From: Pecten maximus
Lineage: Eukaryota
DNA length: 64,000 nt
Direction of reading: 5' to 3'
Assembly (NCBI RefSeq): GCF_902652985.1
Contig: NC_047027.1
Span: 12,090,001 to 12,154,000, forward strand
Position 1 is the first letter of the stretch; each line of letters starts with the position of its first letter. Shown piece by piece: positions 1-13,380 of the stretch. Under the pieces are notes generated by a model that searched no databases, was not told where the DNA came from, and worked only from the letters and a program-made list of their open reading frames with translations. The translations under genes were made by a program, and so were the position numbers.

Positions 1-1149
1 GTAATGTCTGTCTGACGTTTGACCAATATTTGGTTACTGTAATATCTGTCTCACGTCTGCCCAATGTTTGGTTATTGTAATATCTGTCTGACGTCTGACA
101 AATGTTTGGTTACTGTAATGTCTGTCTGACGTTTGACCAATGTTTGGTTACTGTAATGTCTGTCTCACGTCTGACCAATGTTTGGTTACTGTAATGTCTG
201 TCTCACGTCTGACCAATGTTTGGTTACTGTAATGTCTGTCTGACTTCTGACCAATGTTTGGTTACTGTAATGTCTGTCTGACTTCTGACCAATGTTTGGT
301 TACTGTAATGCCTGTCTGACGTCTGACAAATGTTTGGTTATTGTAATGTCTGTCTCACGTCTGACCAATGTTTGGTTATTGTAATGTCTGTCTGACGTCT
401 GACTAACGTTTGGTTACTGTAATGTCTGTCTCACGTCTGACCAATGTTTGGTTACTGTAATGTCTGTCGGACGTTTGACCAATGTTTGGTTAATCTAATG
501 TCTGTCTGACTTCTGACCAATGTTTGGTTACTGTAATGTCTGTCTGACGTCTGACAAATGTTTGGTTACTGTAATGCCTGTCTGACGTCTGCCCAATGTT
601 TGGTTACTGTAATGTCTGTCTGACGTCTGACCAATGTTTGGTTACTGTAATGTCTGTCTCACGTCTGACAAATGTTTGGTTACTGTAATGTCTGTCTGAC
701 GTCTGACCAATGTGTGGTTACTGTAATGTCTGTCTGACGTCTAACCAATGTTTGGTTACTGTAATGTCTGTCTGACGTTTGACCAATATTTGGTAATGGT
801 AATGTCTGTCTCACGTCTGACCAATGTTTGGTTACTGTTATGTCTGTCTCACGTCTGACCAATGTTTGGTTACTGTAATGTCTGTCTGACGGCTGACCAA
901 TGTTTGGTTAATGTAATGTCTGTCTCACGTCTGGCCAATGTTTGGTTACTGTAATGTCTGTCTGACGTCTGAAAAATGTTTGGTTACTGTAATGCCTGTC
1001 TGACGTCTGCCCAATGTTTGGTTATTGTAATGTCTGTCTGACGTCTGAACAATGTTTGGTTACTGTAATGTCTGTCTGACGTCCGACCAATGTTTAGTTG
1101 ATGTAATGTCTGTCTGACGTCTCACCAATGTTTGGTTACTGTAATGTCG
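1..1149. repeat. 38-bp tandem minisatellite, about 30 copies, running off the window start
   Basis: Unit gtaatgtctgtctgacgtctgaccaatgtttggttact repeats with period 38 and few substitutions. Confidence 0.97.
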
Positions 1150-2540
1150 ATTAGACAACAATCACTGGTCATTACTGTTAATCTTTGTTTTCGATTTACG
1201 TATTTTATGATTTTGTTACCAATCGCTTCTAATGTGTTGTATTATCAGTCATATATATTTTTGTTTCAGCTAATTGTAAGTTGGCATGGGGAACTTTTAT
1301 GTGTGATACAGAGAAAATGTTACTGATTACCGTGGTAGAGAGTATGTACACTTTCGTTTAATCATTTTGGATGTTAACTGAACCATGTCCAAAATATTGT
1401 CATCAGTACAATTTTGCAAATATATATTTGTATGTATTTTCTAAATATGGATGATCTTTTGATTCACTGAATAAACTTATTAACATAGCTAAATTATTTT
1501 AGTTTTATATCTTTCTGATGAAACTTACAGAAAGAACCTATTATATGTAAGAAGTGATGCCTCTGACTCTTTATCATTGATCTATTAATAAAATAAAAGT
1601 GACGTAATAACAATCGAGACATTGCTACATTGTATTAACCCAGTGTCAAGGACATGTGTGTGATAATGATATGGGGCAGTTTGGCCTTGTATTGTTCATC
1701 GATCTATCACCATCAATGACGGTCTCCTTTGTATGCAAGATGCATTAAATAAATAATAATCGGGAAACGAACAGGGATACCATATTTGACGAGACTACGA
1801 GTCGCGAACATAACCAGAAATGTTCAATAAAGAGCAATACAAAATGGCCTGCTGTTAAACACAGCAAGAGTATACATAAACCAGTATACGAAATAAGAAT
1901 TATCCCGCCAACAGAAAACGCGGGGAGACTGTGAAATGTCATTGTTTGTGTTCAGGCCATATATCCACGATCTGATAATCCAGATTTGTTTACAGTCCCC
2001 ATTGTTTCGAGTCTACACTTACGGAAGTGCCGGAAAGGCTGTTTCATGTGAAGGAAGTACACCGGAGATAACATGTCAAGGTCAAGGTCAGTGTGTTTAA
2101 TTGGTTACTACCTCTGGTGTAATACGCGCACGCGCATTGTAGGCTTACTCATTGTAGTAACGTCACGCGATAATGTATAGTTTCCCGGACATCTATCACT
2201 TAAATGATAATGACTAGGAAGTAGATTGTGTCGTTATCATTAAATCAGGTGATCATGAAAGTTCACTCTGTCGCGGTAATCATCACTAAAATAATATCTA
2301 TATACACGTCTGTGTTCAGTAGAGTTCGCAATGGTAAATATCGTTAAAACCTAATGAAAATAGACGACTTGGCCCTGGTTCAGTTCGGTTTACCGTGATG
2401 AACCATTAAAACCTAATTAAATTAACTAGACTTAGCTCTAGTTCAGTAGTTTGTTCTGTCTGTTATCAAAACCACCGTTAGAATAGCATACTTCGAATTA
2501 GAGTAAAGTCATTTCTAATTCAGTTCAATTTGCGCGCAGT

Positions 2541-2811
2541 CATATCCTAATAGTAAGTCTCGTCCTAGTTAGGATTTATTATACCATGTCCTAATAGTAA
2601 ATCTCGTCCTAGTTAGGATTTACTATACCATATCCTAATAGTAAATCTCTTCCTAAATAGGAATTATAAGACCATGTCCTCATAGTAAATCTTGTCCTAG
2701 GTAGGAATAATTAGACCATGTCCTAATAGTAAGTCTCGTCCTAGTTAGGATTTATTGGTCCATATCCTAATAGTAAATCTCTTCCTAAGTAGGATTTATA
2801 AGACCATGTCC
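2541..2811. repeat. 44-bp tandem repeat, about 6 copies, with an internal tccta-nn-tagga palindrome
   Basis: Unit catRtcctaatagtaaRtctcgtcctagttaggatttattatac. Confidence 0.9.
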
Positions 2812-3209
2812 AGTTCTAATACTTTATGCTGTCATATTGCTAATGCCTGGTAATACTTTAATATTTTACTATTGGTCCTAGTTTACATTGTTCTCACCAT
2901 AGTGATTCCACTCTGTCTATTTGCTGGCGATTTTATCATTACTCCGTTTACATTTACATAAAATTATGGCACACAAGAACTTTCGAATAGAATAAAACAA
3001 AATAAATAAATGAATAAACATTTTTCCCACAGTATACTTTACTTATTGATATTTTCATGTATTTATTTATTTTTTTATTTATTATTTTATTATTTTATGT
3101 TTTTGTTTGTGTGAATATTGCTGGTCGACCTAATGAATTGTTTGCGGAGGAACATAGAATAAAAGGTATACTAGTATAATACAAACAAAAAAGTCTTGAC
3201 CTCAATGAT

Positions 3210-3674
3210 AAAGAGACCAACCAACCAATTGTTTTCCCATAGACTTTAGTGTTAACGTTTTGGATTATTTCATTCAAATTCTTGAATTGGATATGACGAT
3301 TATGGTTTATAACAAAAGTTTAGGGTCTGATATAACACCTAATCAAAAAATAAAGTTGGGTCCTTCAGCTCAAATTTTCTCCAGGGTAGCCATTTTGAAA
3401 ATAGGTGAATTTCGCAGTAAAAATTCTCAAAAATCTTAAATGTTTACCTGTTTACTATTATTACGTGAACTTTTGGGGAAAAAACCAATCGGACTTACGA
3501 AATTTATATCAACATTTCTTATTGATAGTTACCTATCAGGCTACATATCTATTTTCCCACTTCAGAACATACTGGCCAATCAGTGACTGCCAGACATTTT
3601 ATCCTTGGCTCAACGTTCTATACACAGGGGCTGTTTCAAAAATATATTTTTTCAATTGGTTGGTTGTTCCCTAA
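3210..3674. mobile_element. Degenerate MITE with terminal inverted repeats
   Basis: Left end (t)aaagagaccaaccaaccaattg versus right end caattggttggttgttccctaa (reverse complement ttagggaacaaccaaccaattg). Confidence 0.5.
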
Positions 3675-5527
3675 AGAACGTGTGTAGTAGTCAGCCACTG
3701 CTACTGTCGGGAAATAACCCTTGTGTACTAGTTATGTTTTCAAATTGGAGAAGGCTTGTTTGACGAGAGCTCTGAAGACTGCCTCACTTTGAAAAATATA
3801 GTTATAAAACTAAATATTATGATTTATATAGTACATTAGCTAATTGCTTTTGTAGATATGTGTATACCATGTCCAGTTTTAGTAGTTAATATCCTATCGA
3901 TGATTAAATCTTTTCCTTTTCATAATTTCTATTACCGTACCTATGTATTAAGATATGACTTTATATGATAGATACCTGTATTATTTGGTATATTCTGTCT
4001 TTAATTCCTCTTTATCTTCAACTCGCTTATCTTCTGCCCTTTTTATCCTGTAAACATTTTACCTTCCTTTATGATAGGTATATTTATTATTTGTATATTT
4101 ATTCATATAGAAATAAGCAATATAAATATCTTATAGACATATCGATATATATTTCAGAAAAGCACAACGCAGTCATATTCAACGACATTTTTAATTCTTT
4201 GATTCAACGAGACATTTAAATTGAATGTAAAGATGTCGTTTGTACATATAAAGAAATTGTCTTACAAAAATATATCAAATAGTTCGCTGTACAATGTGAA
4301 GCCGAGAGAAAAGAAATATGATGGAATATCGAATTCCGTAACAGTGACGGTTGCCTGGTCCCTGTATGATATAACTTCTATACACCACACATATATAATT
4401 CGTGATCTTTCTGGCAATTCCTCACGTGCTAATCCGAAGCAGATCACTAGCTGTATTTGATACCCTTAAATATATCTATGTTAACACGCCATCTCTACTA
4501 AGTACGATAAGTAACATGTTATGTAATCCATAACGGTGAGAATACTTGGCCACTTTAACTTTTAACAGGTCGTTGTGTTTTCGTTGTTTATATTGCGGCA
4601 ATTATGTGCAAGTGTTTTCTTAATTCTCCAACATAAGTCAGTTTATTGTAGCACGTGTCAAGAAGCAAAACACGCGACAAAAGTAGGTGTCCCAATAGAT
4701 GAAAGTTTTTGTTGTTGAGTTTTTTACCGTTGCTGACAATATATCAAATATTCTTCAACATTTGCGATGCGTGAAGTGTGTGAACATGAATGTTATGATA
4801 TCGCCCATCACTTTCCAGTCTTGACGAAAACTACGTTTTCCACGTCATATTGACATTAGATATATTTACTCGAAAATGATGTGCTACAAATAGAACACTC
4901 CATGTGTGGTTGTCATGTTGACTGATACCCAAATCTTTATCGTTATAGTTCTGTTTCGAAACTATCTTCAGATTTTCTTCATTGACTGGTGAACACCAAA
5001 TGACTTTCTGTGGCCATAGTGATGGCGAGATCTCTGTAACCATGGTGATTTGGTGACTTGGTCATGAGTCGCCAGTCGCTGATCTAAGATGTGAGTCGGC
5101 GCTGTTGGACGGTTCGGAGGATTGGACAGGAATGAATCTGAAGAGATAAAAATATCAAAACACAATAAATGGAAAATATGGATAACATATCGATTTCTAT
5201 AAAGGCTCTTGGAACAAAAAATTATATCTTTGCTATTACATTGTAAAAAAAATATCAATTTTGTTAAGATATACAAAATCAATAATAATCTGGGTTTTAA
5301 AAAATGACATACAAAAAAGAAGAAAAAGGAAATATTTAATCGAAGTTCAAGTATCAAATGGTAACTAACACACTGGAAAGTGATGAATACCAATCAAGTT
5401 CAGGAACATTTTAACACTCGTTTACTCATATCTGATGTTATTAAATTACAATTTGTTATTAACTTGTCGCCAATAGTAACTCAAAGCTGACAGGAAAATA
5501 ATGACCAATGACAGAACTTATATAAAC

Positions 5528-6613
5528 TTACACTTTCCCCACTCTTCTGCCGATTTTTCCCAGTTCGGTCCTGAATCGCTTATTGGTGGCTGTGTAGAAG
5601 TAAAAGTTGCTCGCGAAATGTGTGAATTGGATCAGATATACAATGGCCCAGGCGAGGTCTAGTGATTGTTCGACGTCCGAACTGGCATCTGGACGAACAT
5701 ACGAATCCACGATATAGTAGATGCATATCGGCAAACTGGCGGCGACAAAGTAAAACGTTGTAAACACCAACATTTTTGTCATTTTGGAGACAGACTGTTG
5801 TCCTTTCTGCGACATTCGGTTGCTGCCGTCTGATCCTGTTGATAGTCTTTTGTTACACCTCAGCTTTTGAATCTGTCGTATGATTAATATATTCAAAACA
5901 ATCATGATTACCCCAGGTATAATCACCAAAACGACCAGGTCTACATAAGTAAATACGAACTCCTCAAAGGCGTAAATGTCGTCTGCCAAAGAGTTACATT
6001 CGCCATCTAGGATTCCATTTGTGAAGAAATAATGAAAATCCAGGGCCGTTAGACACGCGCTGATAATTACCAGAATGATAATACTGTTTCTAATTGTCAC
6101 CAGCTTCCTTATGGTGGTAAACCGGTTGTCCAGTAGAACAGTTTTGATAAATCTGACACATGTAACTTGGACTAGTATCCATGACGACATATGCATGGAA
6201 AAATAGATCAAGAATAAGTGAAACTTGCAACTGAACCCAGAAACATCTCTTATATCAACATCAAATGTTGACTTTATCCAATACCGAGTAGGTCCAACAC
6301 ACAGCACAGTCATGTCAACAAAGGCCAACACGAATAACAGAATTAGAGTGGCGTTCTCGTAAAATTTTAAACGTTTTAGGACGTACACATTTAAAATGTT
6401 GCCAAAAATTCCGATGAAAAATATGAGAGGTGACAATACTGTCCACAGGCAGCTGTCAGGTGTTCCACAAACTCTGAACGAGTCGGTTTCAACAGATGGA
6501 ACTGTTGTGATATTCCTTTCGAACGACATCAAGCCAGTTGTCGAGATATTTATGTCCATTGAAATGTTCGTTTGTGTGATGACTGTGGAAAAAGTAGCCA
6601 TGCTGGTCGTCAT
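5528..6613 (-). CDS. Intronless rhodopsin-family (class A) GPCR, FMRFamide/peptide-receptor-like orphan
   Basis: 361-aa ORF with 7 hydrophobic segments. TM1 GIFGN, TM2 LAFVD, TM3 CKFHLF...SSWILVQVTCVRF, ECL2 Cys, TM5 IIPG, TM7 NFYFY plus helix 8 NKRFR. N-terminal N-glycosylation sequons (NIS, NIS, NIT). Confidence 0.92.
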   Translation of the reverse strand: MTTSMATFSTVITQTNISMDINISTTGLMSFERNITTVPSVETDSFRVCGTPDSCLWTVLSPLIFFIGIFGNILNVYVLKRLKFYENATLILLFVLAFVDMTVLCVGPTRYWIKSTFDVDIRDVSGFSCKFHLFLIYFSMHMSSWILVQVTCVRFIKTVLLDNRFTTIRKLVTIRNSIIILVIISACLTALDFHYFFTNGILDGECNSLADDIYAFEEFVFTYVDLVVLVIIPGVIMIVLNILIIRQIQKLRCNKRLSTGSDGSNRMSQKGQQSVSKMTKMLVFTTFYFVAASLPICIYYIVDSYVRPDASSDVEQSLDLAWAIVYLIQFTHFASNFYFYTATNKRFRTELGKIGRRVGKV

Positions 6614-6669
6614 TGTGAAAACAATTGCATGCGTTCAGTTGTCCATCTGTGTCACTCACTATAACACCC

Positions 6670-6786
6670 AGAACTGGAGTTACTGGAGCACTCGGTATAC
6701 ACAGGGTCAGAACTGGAGTTACTGGAGCACTTGGTATACACAGGGTCAGAACTGGAGTAACTGGAGCACTCGGCATACACAGGGTT
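6670..6786. repeat. 39-bp tandem repeat x3, just upstream of the GPCR start codon
   Basis: cagaactggagttactggagcactcggtatacacagggt x3. Confidence 0.92.
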
Positions 6787-7687
6787 AGTTAATGTTAGGC
6801 TTAGCACACCACATATAATAGTTTATATGTTTCTGTGTATAAATGGGGAGCGTTTACCGCGTAGGTAGGCTGTAGGCTAAACTGACAGGAAGTGACGTAT
6901 ATCTGTCCTCTCAAAAATACACAGGGCTCACAGGGAAGGATTTAGGTCTTATTTCCGTTAGGGTGGATGGTAGGAAAGGCATCCTAATTGTTCCTCAGAG
7001 AGGACGTGTAAGCCAATCCATACCGTTACTACATCAGAATTGAATACGAATTCCTGTTCCTGTTTTTGTTACACCAGCTTTTTGTCTTTTATTGGACTAT
7101 TCCGTGATATCAGGGGCGAAAACAGCTAAAAAGTATGAAAGTTTACCCACAACAATAGAACTAAAGGTAATTTACTTGGTAGACGGCGCATTTTCCAGAT
7201 ACTTTATGTTCTGTAAAGGGGGGGTTTCCAAAAGCAGTCAACAATAGCAAATATGATATCGTTTCTGCGCGCATGATAGCGTTGGATTATAGGTGGGAAT
7301 ACGTTAAACTCCATGTAAATAAGCGCCAAAGTTTGTGGGGGAAAACAGAACATTTTGCTTTGAGAAAATAGAAATGCTTATTTTATTCCTCTAAGAAGAA
7401 ATCAATATGAAATGTAAACAGTTGATAGCAACATGATAGAGATTGTGTATGCCAAATTAGAGGACTCTGTGTACATAATGGAACTTCTCAAAAAACATAA
7501 AGCGTTGTCAGATCCACGCACAACACATAATCAGGGTCAAGTCAAAACATGTACGGAATTGTTCTGAAAGCTAAAAAATAAAATAAAAAATAAACTTCTC
7601 ACAGCAGTCTATTCAAAAAAATGAATCATATATACTTAAAGCCTTCGATTGTGAAATAGTGAATATGATGTTATCAAATTCAAAGCT

Positions 7688-7832
7688 AGGGTGGTAGGGT
7701 GGCAGAGTGCCAAACACCTTTGCCTTTCACCAAGGCGACCGGGGTATGATTCTCGATCGGACGTAAAAAGGTATTGAGTCACCTGCCCGACCACGCAGGT
7801 TTTTACGGGTTCTCTGGTTTACTCACACACTA
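7688..7832 (+). mobile_element. tRNA-derived SINE (V-domain-like), degenerate
   Basis: A-box-like gtggcagagtg, B-box-like ggtatgattc, and body ggtttttacgggttctctggttt. A second copy lies at 35792-35943. Confidence 0.65.
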
Positions 7833-7993
7833 ATTATATATAAGACCCCCTGCGAGAAACAAACTTGATACATTTAAGTTGATGGAATTTGTTTCGCAAT
7901 GGTTGTACAATAAACACTTTACGTTTCACAACTGCACGCTACCGGTGTATCGAAACATTTTCAGGTCGTACCTGGCTGACAGATTGCAAGATT

Positions 7994-8062
7994 CCAAAGG
8001 TGTATCATCAACCTTCAATGAACACTCCCAAAGGTGTATCATCAACCTTCAATGAACACTCC
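7994..8062. repeat. 33-bp direct duplication
   Basis: tccaaaggtgtatcatcaaccttcaatgaacac x2. Confidence 0.85.
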
Positions 8063-8289
8063 CATGGTTCGAAAGTTGAAACTTAATCTATTATGCAGCA
8101 TGTACAAAATGTATACTGACGACATCTCAGTGAGTGTCAGTGGTGAGACATTTAATGACGTTAGAAGAAAATGAAGTGATTACCCTCAGATATCACGTAA
8201 ATGGATGGCCCGAAATAAAACGAGTCTACATTTAACAAAATCTCGACTCCCTCAATTTTCAGTTTATGATATTATTGAAACTGTCGATA

Positions 8290-8860
8290 TACCAAACTAT
8301 CTATTGAACCAAACTGTCCGTTTTATTAAACTGTTCATTGAACCAAACTGCCCATTGTATCAAACTGTCCGTTATATTAAACTGTCCATTGAACCAAACT
8401 GTCCATTGTACCAAACTGTCCATTGAACCAAACTGCCCATTGTACCAAACTGTCCGTTATATTAAACTGCCCATTGTACCAAACTGTCCGTTTTATTAAA
8501 CTGTTCATTGAACCAAACTGTCCATTGAACCAAACTGCCCATTGTATCAAACTGTCCATTGAACCAAACTGTCCATTGAACCAAACTGTCCATTGTACCA
8601 AACTGTCCGTTATATTAAACTGCCCATTGTACCAAACTGTCCGTTATATTAAACTGTACATTAAACCAAACTGTCCATTGTACCAAACTGTCCGTTATAT
8701 TAAACTGTCCATTGAACCAAACTGTCCATTGAACCAAACTGTCCATTGTACCAAACTATCCGTTATATTAAACTGCCTTTTGTACCAAACTGCCCATTGT
8801 ATCAAATTGCTCATTGTACCAAACTGTCAATTGTACCAAATTATCCGTTATATCAAACTG
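8290..8860. repeat. Compound minisatellite built from 17-bp subunits (ccaaactgtccattgWa / ccaaactgtccgttata variants)
   Basis: aaactg recurs about every 17 bp, with alternating subunit types. Confidence 0.92.
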
Positions 8861-8892
8861 ATCATGAAATTCATAATCTAAAAAGCAATATG

Positions 8893-9495
8893 TAACAAGT
8901 ACTAATTGTAATGGGAAACCATAACAGAAGTCCTCCAAACGCCCTCGCAGTCGTACCATTATGTTCGGCATCCCTCCATATCCCTATATACCAAATTTCA
9001 TTGAAATCGAACGATATCTAAATTTCGACAAATCAGAAGCCTCCATATGGTTGCTATGGCAACGAAACTCATTCAGTTGATTTTGCAGTCCCCTAATACC
9101 CCTATGTACCAAATTTCATCAAAATCGAACAATATCTAGATTTCGACTAATCAGAAGCCTCCATTTCGTTTCCATGGCAACACAGGTTTTCGAAAGTAAT
9201 ACCATTGCGTTCGCCTATCCTCAAACCCCCTTTATACAAATTTTCGCCAAAATCGGACAATATCTAATTTTGAGCCAATCAGAAACCTCACTATGGCGGC
9301 CATTTTGTTTACTCTATTTCTAAAAAAAAGGTTCTTGCATCCCTCCTAACCCACCCTATACTCGTGCAAAGTTTCATTAGAATCCGACAAATGGTTTTTG
9401 AGTAAAGTTCGGACAAAATTCCACGGCGGAAGAAAAAGGAGAAGAGGAAGAAGCGGAGCAAAGCAATAGGTCCCTTAATAATTCGAGGCTCATTA
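8893..9495 (+). mobile_element. HINE/pearl-like non-autonomous element with internal ~120-bp repeats
   Basis: Starts aacaag. Internal repeats taccaaatttcat..aaatcgaac..tatcta..tttcgac.aatcagaagcctcc, followed by a GAA-rich tract. A related sequence lies at about 29490-30030. Confidence 0.55.
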
Positions 9496-9703
9496 CTTCA
9501 AAGTTACTCAATAAAGTGTACAAATTCCTTAAGTACTCGATACACATGAATGAACAAGCTGACAATCTTAGCACAAAAGGGTTCGACTACTCAAAAATGT
9601 CTGCGCGGCAGGTCGTCTGCTCAGACCATATATGGAGGTGTACATGTTTTATGTTTTGCAGGGTTGTTTTTTTGTTGTTTTTTTTACATGTATTGTGTAA
9701 GCA

Positions 9704-9900
9704 GGGGGCCGCGGTGGCCGAGTGCTTAAGGTGTCCCAACACTAGTCCTCCATCTGTTGGTTGCGAGTTCGAAACCCACCTGGGATATTTGCCTGGTACT
9801 GACCGTAGGCCGGGTGTTTTTTCCCTGGTACTCCAGCTTTCCAGGCTTGTCCTTAAACGACCCTAGACGTTAATAGGACGTTAAGAATAAACCAAACCCT
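9704..9900 (+). mobile_element. tRNA-derived SINE (V-domain-like)
   Basis: A box gtggccgagtg, B box gagttcgaaacc, body ccctggtactccagctttcc, tail gaccctagacgttaataggacgttaa followed by aaacc repeats. Confidence 0.8.
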
Positions 9901-11507
9901 TAACCATTGGTCGTGTGATGCTCTTCATTGACAATTAAAGTCCCATTACTAATAGCAGTGTGTTTGATATGTTTTAGTCAAGCTTGACGTCTTGCTACAT
10001 TCTATGACTGGAAAATCCCTGTACTGCCCTGTCTGGGTTGTTTTGTCTCGCTACATTTCCTTGCTTTGTAACATATGCAAACTTTTAAACAGTCTAAAAG
10101 TTATCGGTCTGTACCATAGGGTATAAGTGATATAACTACATTTGTCTATATATATATATTTCTTCTTTAAATATTTTTTTTTATGTTGTTTCGTTTTATT
10201 CCCATTTCTACCCGCCATTTTCGGCCGTAATGACCTTTCAAATGATGATTGGCCGTTCATGATAATATAACTAACCAACCATACAAACGAAAATAATAAC
10301 GGGATTACACAGCAATGTAAAGCGAGCGCAAGAGTCATGAGGCTGTGGTTTGAGTGTGACCGCGAGGACTGGTACACAACTTCCGGTTTCTTAAGCATGT
10401 GTTAATCACGCGCCGTTCTATTATGTTTACCGGTAAACAACACTTGTCCTGTCCCCTAACTGTCACGGAGATACGCTTGCACTCGATTTGATGTTTGAGT
10501 GGGGAAGTGCAAAATCATAACAAGGAAATGAATCAATAACATCGTAGTTTATAACTGAAGCTGTAACAGTCCGAGTTTTCTCTGGACTCAATATCAGAAA
10601 TCAAGCGGACAAAAGTTGTACGACCAGAGCTTACTACTATATAAAAACTTTGATAACTTAAACACCGTATGGTGCAGCTTAGTTGTGGCGTATTTGGAGA
10701 ATTAAACAGTCATTAAATAACACTAGTGTTAAAAGTTCATAGAGGTATGCATTTATTTTCAAACATCTTTAAGTGTTATTATGGAACTAACATGTGCATG
10801 ATGAAATCCACACAAAAGCTTAGGTGCTTGTAGATAAAGTCAGCCTCCCAACTCAGAATAGATGGAACGAGAGAAAATTATGAATAGAAATACTATTTAA
10901 AATAAATGTTCCAGAGAGGAAAATCACGTTCAGTACCTGTAAATATATAGGTCAAATACTTTTTATATGAAGCTCTCCTTAGTAGCCTCTAGGCGAACTA
11001 ACAAGCCTGACTGCCGTCATAATCACACAAGGAAATAGAAAATCAAAACTGATATATGGATCCTAACAGAAGTATTAATCTATCGGCATGTCAGTGTTTT
11101 GAAGTATTTGTGGGAGCAATCAGCCGTGGAAAATGTGACATTCGGAGCAGCTCTTTGAAAGTTATAAAATGTTTAAGTATGTGTATTAAGAACAATAAAA
11201 TAAGAAAACAACATTATCGTCATCAGGAGATCGTTCTTTCTCCTGTGATGGTCAAGGTATGATTTATTTTATGGGAGCCAAATGTTAACATCTAGGAATT
11301 AACATCTAGTCTTTCTCTCCATACATTAACGCATTGCAACATAAACTATACTCTATTCGTCCATAGCATGCTAAAATAGTGTATTTGTCGGAAAACAACA
11401 TGTACTTTGTATTTAAAGTCATTAAATTTTAGTTAGACTAAATGTATTTATTTACATATAAATATCAAAATCTTGTGCATGGACAAAAACCTTTTTGTTC
11501 GTTCCGT

Positions 11508-12128
11508 TATTAGCTCATCTGTCCGAATGACAAGTGCCTTACGACTTGGTGCGACGCAATTCACCCGGCGCCAACATTTGGCTTAGATCACCTTCAAGAG
11601 CACAGATTCATCATAGTGGTCCAGGAGCATGCTGGGATAAAGACCTACAAAATTTGTTAAAGGAAACACGGTGGTCTACTTTCAAGGCAAAATGTGTCAA
11701 ATATGTTAAATCTTTAAACAATTTATTCTTAATAACCAGTAGGCCAAAACGGTCAATATACAATGTAGTGGAACAACATTTTCCTTTGATAAACGGCTCT
11801 ACATATTGTTTAAATGATTTAACTCAACTTCCTTTAAAGATCACATCAGTCAAATGTTGTAAAGTCTTTAAACGACTTCTTCTAAATGACCAAGAGGTTC
11901 AGGGGTCAAGATGAATGATATTGATCCTCTGCCAACAAGATCTCGATAGCAATTGACTTAAATCATAAATTGTTTAAACCTATGACCTGGATATTCAGGA
12001 GTACGCTCGGAGGAAGGTCTACCAAAAGTTGTTTCAGTGTACAATGAAGAGTTAATCACTCAGCTAGCATCTCAATAACTGATCTAGAGAAAGCTACCTT
12101 AGTAGCAGGTGAGTGATTCAGGCCAATT
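11508..12128 (-). mobile_element. HINE-like element in reverse orientation, degenerate
   Basis: ttattagctcatctg at one end and caggtgagtgattcaggcc at the other (subterminal inverted motif). Confidence 0.45.
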
Positions 12129-12169
12129 TTTTGTGCCAACAAAACTATCCTTCATTGAACAGACAAATA

Positions 12170-12335
12170 CATCTAGCAGGAAACCTCGTCTGGTCACCTT
12201 ACACCTTACACTGTCAACGAGCGAACAGACACTGGTACGTTTGGCCAGGGACAGACCCTGAAGTCTGCCTAACAGGGGCGTACTTGTAGTTAAGGGAGAA
12301 AAGTAAAGATATTTAGAGAGCAGGAAAAGATAGTA
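12170..12335 (-). mobile_element. Fragment of the SINE family seen at 48404-48796
   Basis: actggtacgtttggccagggacagaccctgaag...caggggcg matches the reverse complement of cgcccctgtgaggaagg...ctgtcccctggccaagacataccagt. Confidence 0.65.
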
Positions 12336-12919
12336 AAAATTAAACCGATGTATTACACATCAGTACCTGGCTGGTAAACAAATCGTGTATTCTTCCGGTT
12401 ATGACGGTGAAGGTTGATTATTATTGCTCTGGGATAAAGTCACTTCCGATTTATTGCATGGATTTCGGATCGACCATACACTATACACTTATCCTAATAA
12501 GAGCAATATCTGTACGTGGTGTATATTATAATGAAGGGTCATTTTTGTGCGCTAAAGATATTATATAAATCTGGCGTACATAAAGCGTACCAACCTTCGG
12601 GCGTAAATGATTTTTTGTGAAAGTCTAATTAGCCTGTTGGTAGTAGATCAAGTTACGTATAACGTATACAAGTAAATGAATAAAAAAAATGCTGCAATAT
12701 CAGGCTATAAATGAACCTAATAAAATAACCCTGGTTTTCAGTTGAAGAACGTGGCATTATCTGGAAATATCTTTGTTGGTGTCGTTGACGAGAAAAAGAC
12801 TTTTATGATATTTATTTCTTGGCACATTTTGAAGAATCTCCAATTCAATTTTTTTTTTACATCTCGTCCTCGATTAATCGATCGGAGATGCGCTTTTTCT
12901 AAACTTCCTATCCGTCACG

Positions 12920-13145
12920 ATTTGTATTTCTCGGGAAGCTGAGAAATGGGCCAATCTGTGCTGTCGCGGTTGAGTCCTTAAGCAAGAAACTTTAGCTTTA
13001 TAATTCTGAGTGGCATGCGATGGGCCTTTCGTATATTGTTTATATTTATATAAGTTAGTTACCAACACCCTCAAGGAGACACTGCCTCAAAATGACCCTG
13101 GCTATTCACGAGTCGATAAAACCCAGCAAGCAATCAAACAAGCAA
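12920..13145 (+). mobile_element. SINE fragment with a CORE-like domain
   Basis: gagtccttaagcaagaaacttta resembles the CORE motif. Tail aaatgaccctggctattc...aaacaa resembles the other SINE tails in the window. Confidence 0.45.
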
Positions 13146-13380
13146 ATCATCAAAACGGTATTTGACTTTGACTAGCGGTCTCGTTTAAGGTTCACTTTTT
13201 CTTAATTGGCCCAATCATCCATCTAGTCCTTAAGACCTTAGTTCTTGCGTTTATCGCTTAAACCTCCAAACAAACATACAAAATCTTGGAACAAGACACC
13301 GATATATGTAACCTAAAGTTTAATTGTTACTGACAAACCGAGGATTACAATAGCTGCGCATTTATCCCAAACATGGTTAA

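Noticed and set aside
1261-1480. Possible terminal exon (tttcag acceptor at 1269, AATAAA at 1470)
   Set aside because: No recognisable protein in any frame, and it cannot be tied to a gene within the window
1505-1540. CTGATGA...GAAA hammerhead-like core (CTGATGA also at 50594)
   Set aside because: No stem II, stem III or cleavage triplet. The 50594 case is simply the loop of a HINE terminal hairpin
8205-8881. Cys-containing repetitive ORFs
   Set aside because: Translations of the 17-bp compound minisatellite
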